Part shown: positions 63,707 through 64,000 of the stretch, one piece after another
Position numbering within the stretch: position 1 is the first letter of the stretch
Layout of the letters: each line of letters opens with the position of its first letter
Source: Pandoraea sp.
GTDB lineage: Bacteria > Pseudomonadota > Gammaproteobacteria > Burkholderiales > Burkholderiaceae
Assembly: GCA_031291335.1 (NCBI GenBank)
Contig: JARLJF010000092.1
Location: 436 to 64,435 of the forward strand
Reading direction: 5' to 3'
DNA length: 64,000 bases
The notes under the pieces: generated by a model
Told to the model about the DNA's origin: nothing
The model's input: only the letters and a program-made list of their open reading frames with translations
Database searches by the model: none
Position numbers and translations under genes: made by a program

Positions 63707-63758
63707 CGTCGCGGCGAAGCCTGCGACGCCCACGGAATCTCAGGCGTTCTCCCGCCGG

Positions 63759-64000
63759 CTACCACTGCTTCTCAAGCACGAGCGGCCCCGGTGTTGCCGT
63801 ACGGCTGACCGCGTAGCCGTTGCCGGTGAACCATGCGCGCAGCTCCTTGATCATGTCCGGATTGCCGCACACCATGATGCGCGATGTGGCGGGATCGAGC
63901 GTTGCGCCCATCGCTTTCTCCAATTCCCCTGAGGCGAGCAATGACGTTACGCGTCCGGATAGCGCTTCGGGCGTTTGTTCTCGCGTCACGCACACCGCGA
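63759..64000 (-). CDS. fpr: Ferredoxin-NADP(+) reductase, C-terminal part (5' end beyond the window)
   Basis: VTRE...GRVT...IMVCGNPDMI...EKQW terminal aromatic residue, typical of bacterial FPR. Confidence 0.8.
   Translation of the reverse strand, partial: AVCVTREQTPEALSGRVTSLLASGELEKAMGATLDPATSRIMVCGNPDMIKELRAWFTGNGYAVSRTATPGPLVLEKQW

Noticed and set aside
1-64000. CRISPR arrays, IS elements, prophage, tRNA or rRNA
   Set aside because: No regularly spaced repeats, transposase or integrase motifs, or cloverleaf/rRNA signatures were seen by eye.

Overview
High-GC betaproteobacterial chromosome segment. Gene order and protein style indicate Burkholderiaceae, most like Pandoraea (inference, not a database result). 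It is mostly core metabolism: a livJ-like binding protein (partial); cysB-tauE-cysH-cysD-cysN-cobA-cbiX; lptGF-pepA-holC; cytochrome c; a ytcA-mdtNOP-like efflux operon; two tandem, different ilvD genes opposite a LysR regulator; lgt; a GntR(MatR)-TRAP-matA-crotonase-matB malonate cluster; SIMPL, EVE and ferritin-like genes; ompA/gyrA-DUF2059-serC-pheA-tyrA-aroA-(mntH)-cmk-rpsA-ihfB-lapAB-ugd-hldA-hldD-comEA-cysM; then mltB, an HDAC-family gene, a crotonase and fpr (partial). I saw no rRNA, tRNA, CRISPR array, transposase or phage gene. The best candidates for unexplored biology are (i) an orphan HExxH metallopeptidase-like plus ankyrin gene pair after lgt, (ii) tandem [2Fe-2S]-type and [4Fe-4S]-type dihydroxyacid dehydratases, (iii) a one-glutamate crotonase inside the malonate operon, (iv) GyrA Ala83/Ser84, and (v) a Fur-boxed Nramp gene splitting aroA-cmk. 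None of these is proven novel from sequence alone. Where I moved start codons from the ORF track, I used RBS position and family N-termini.
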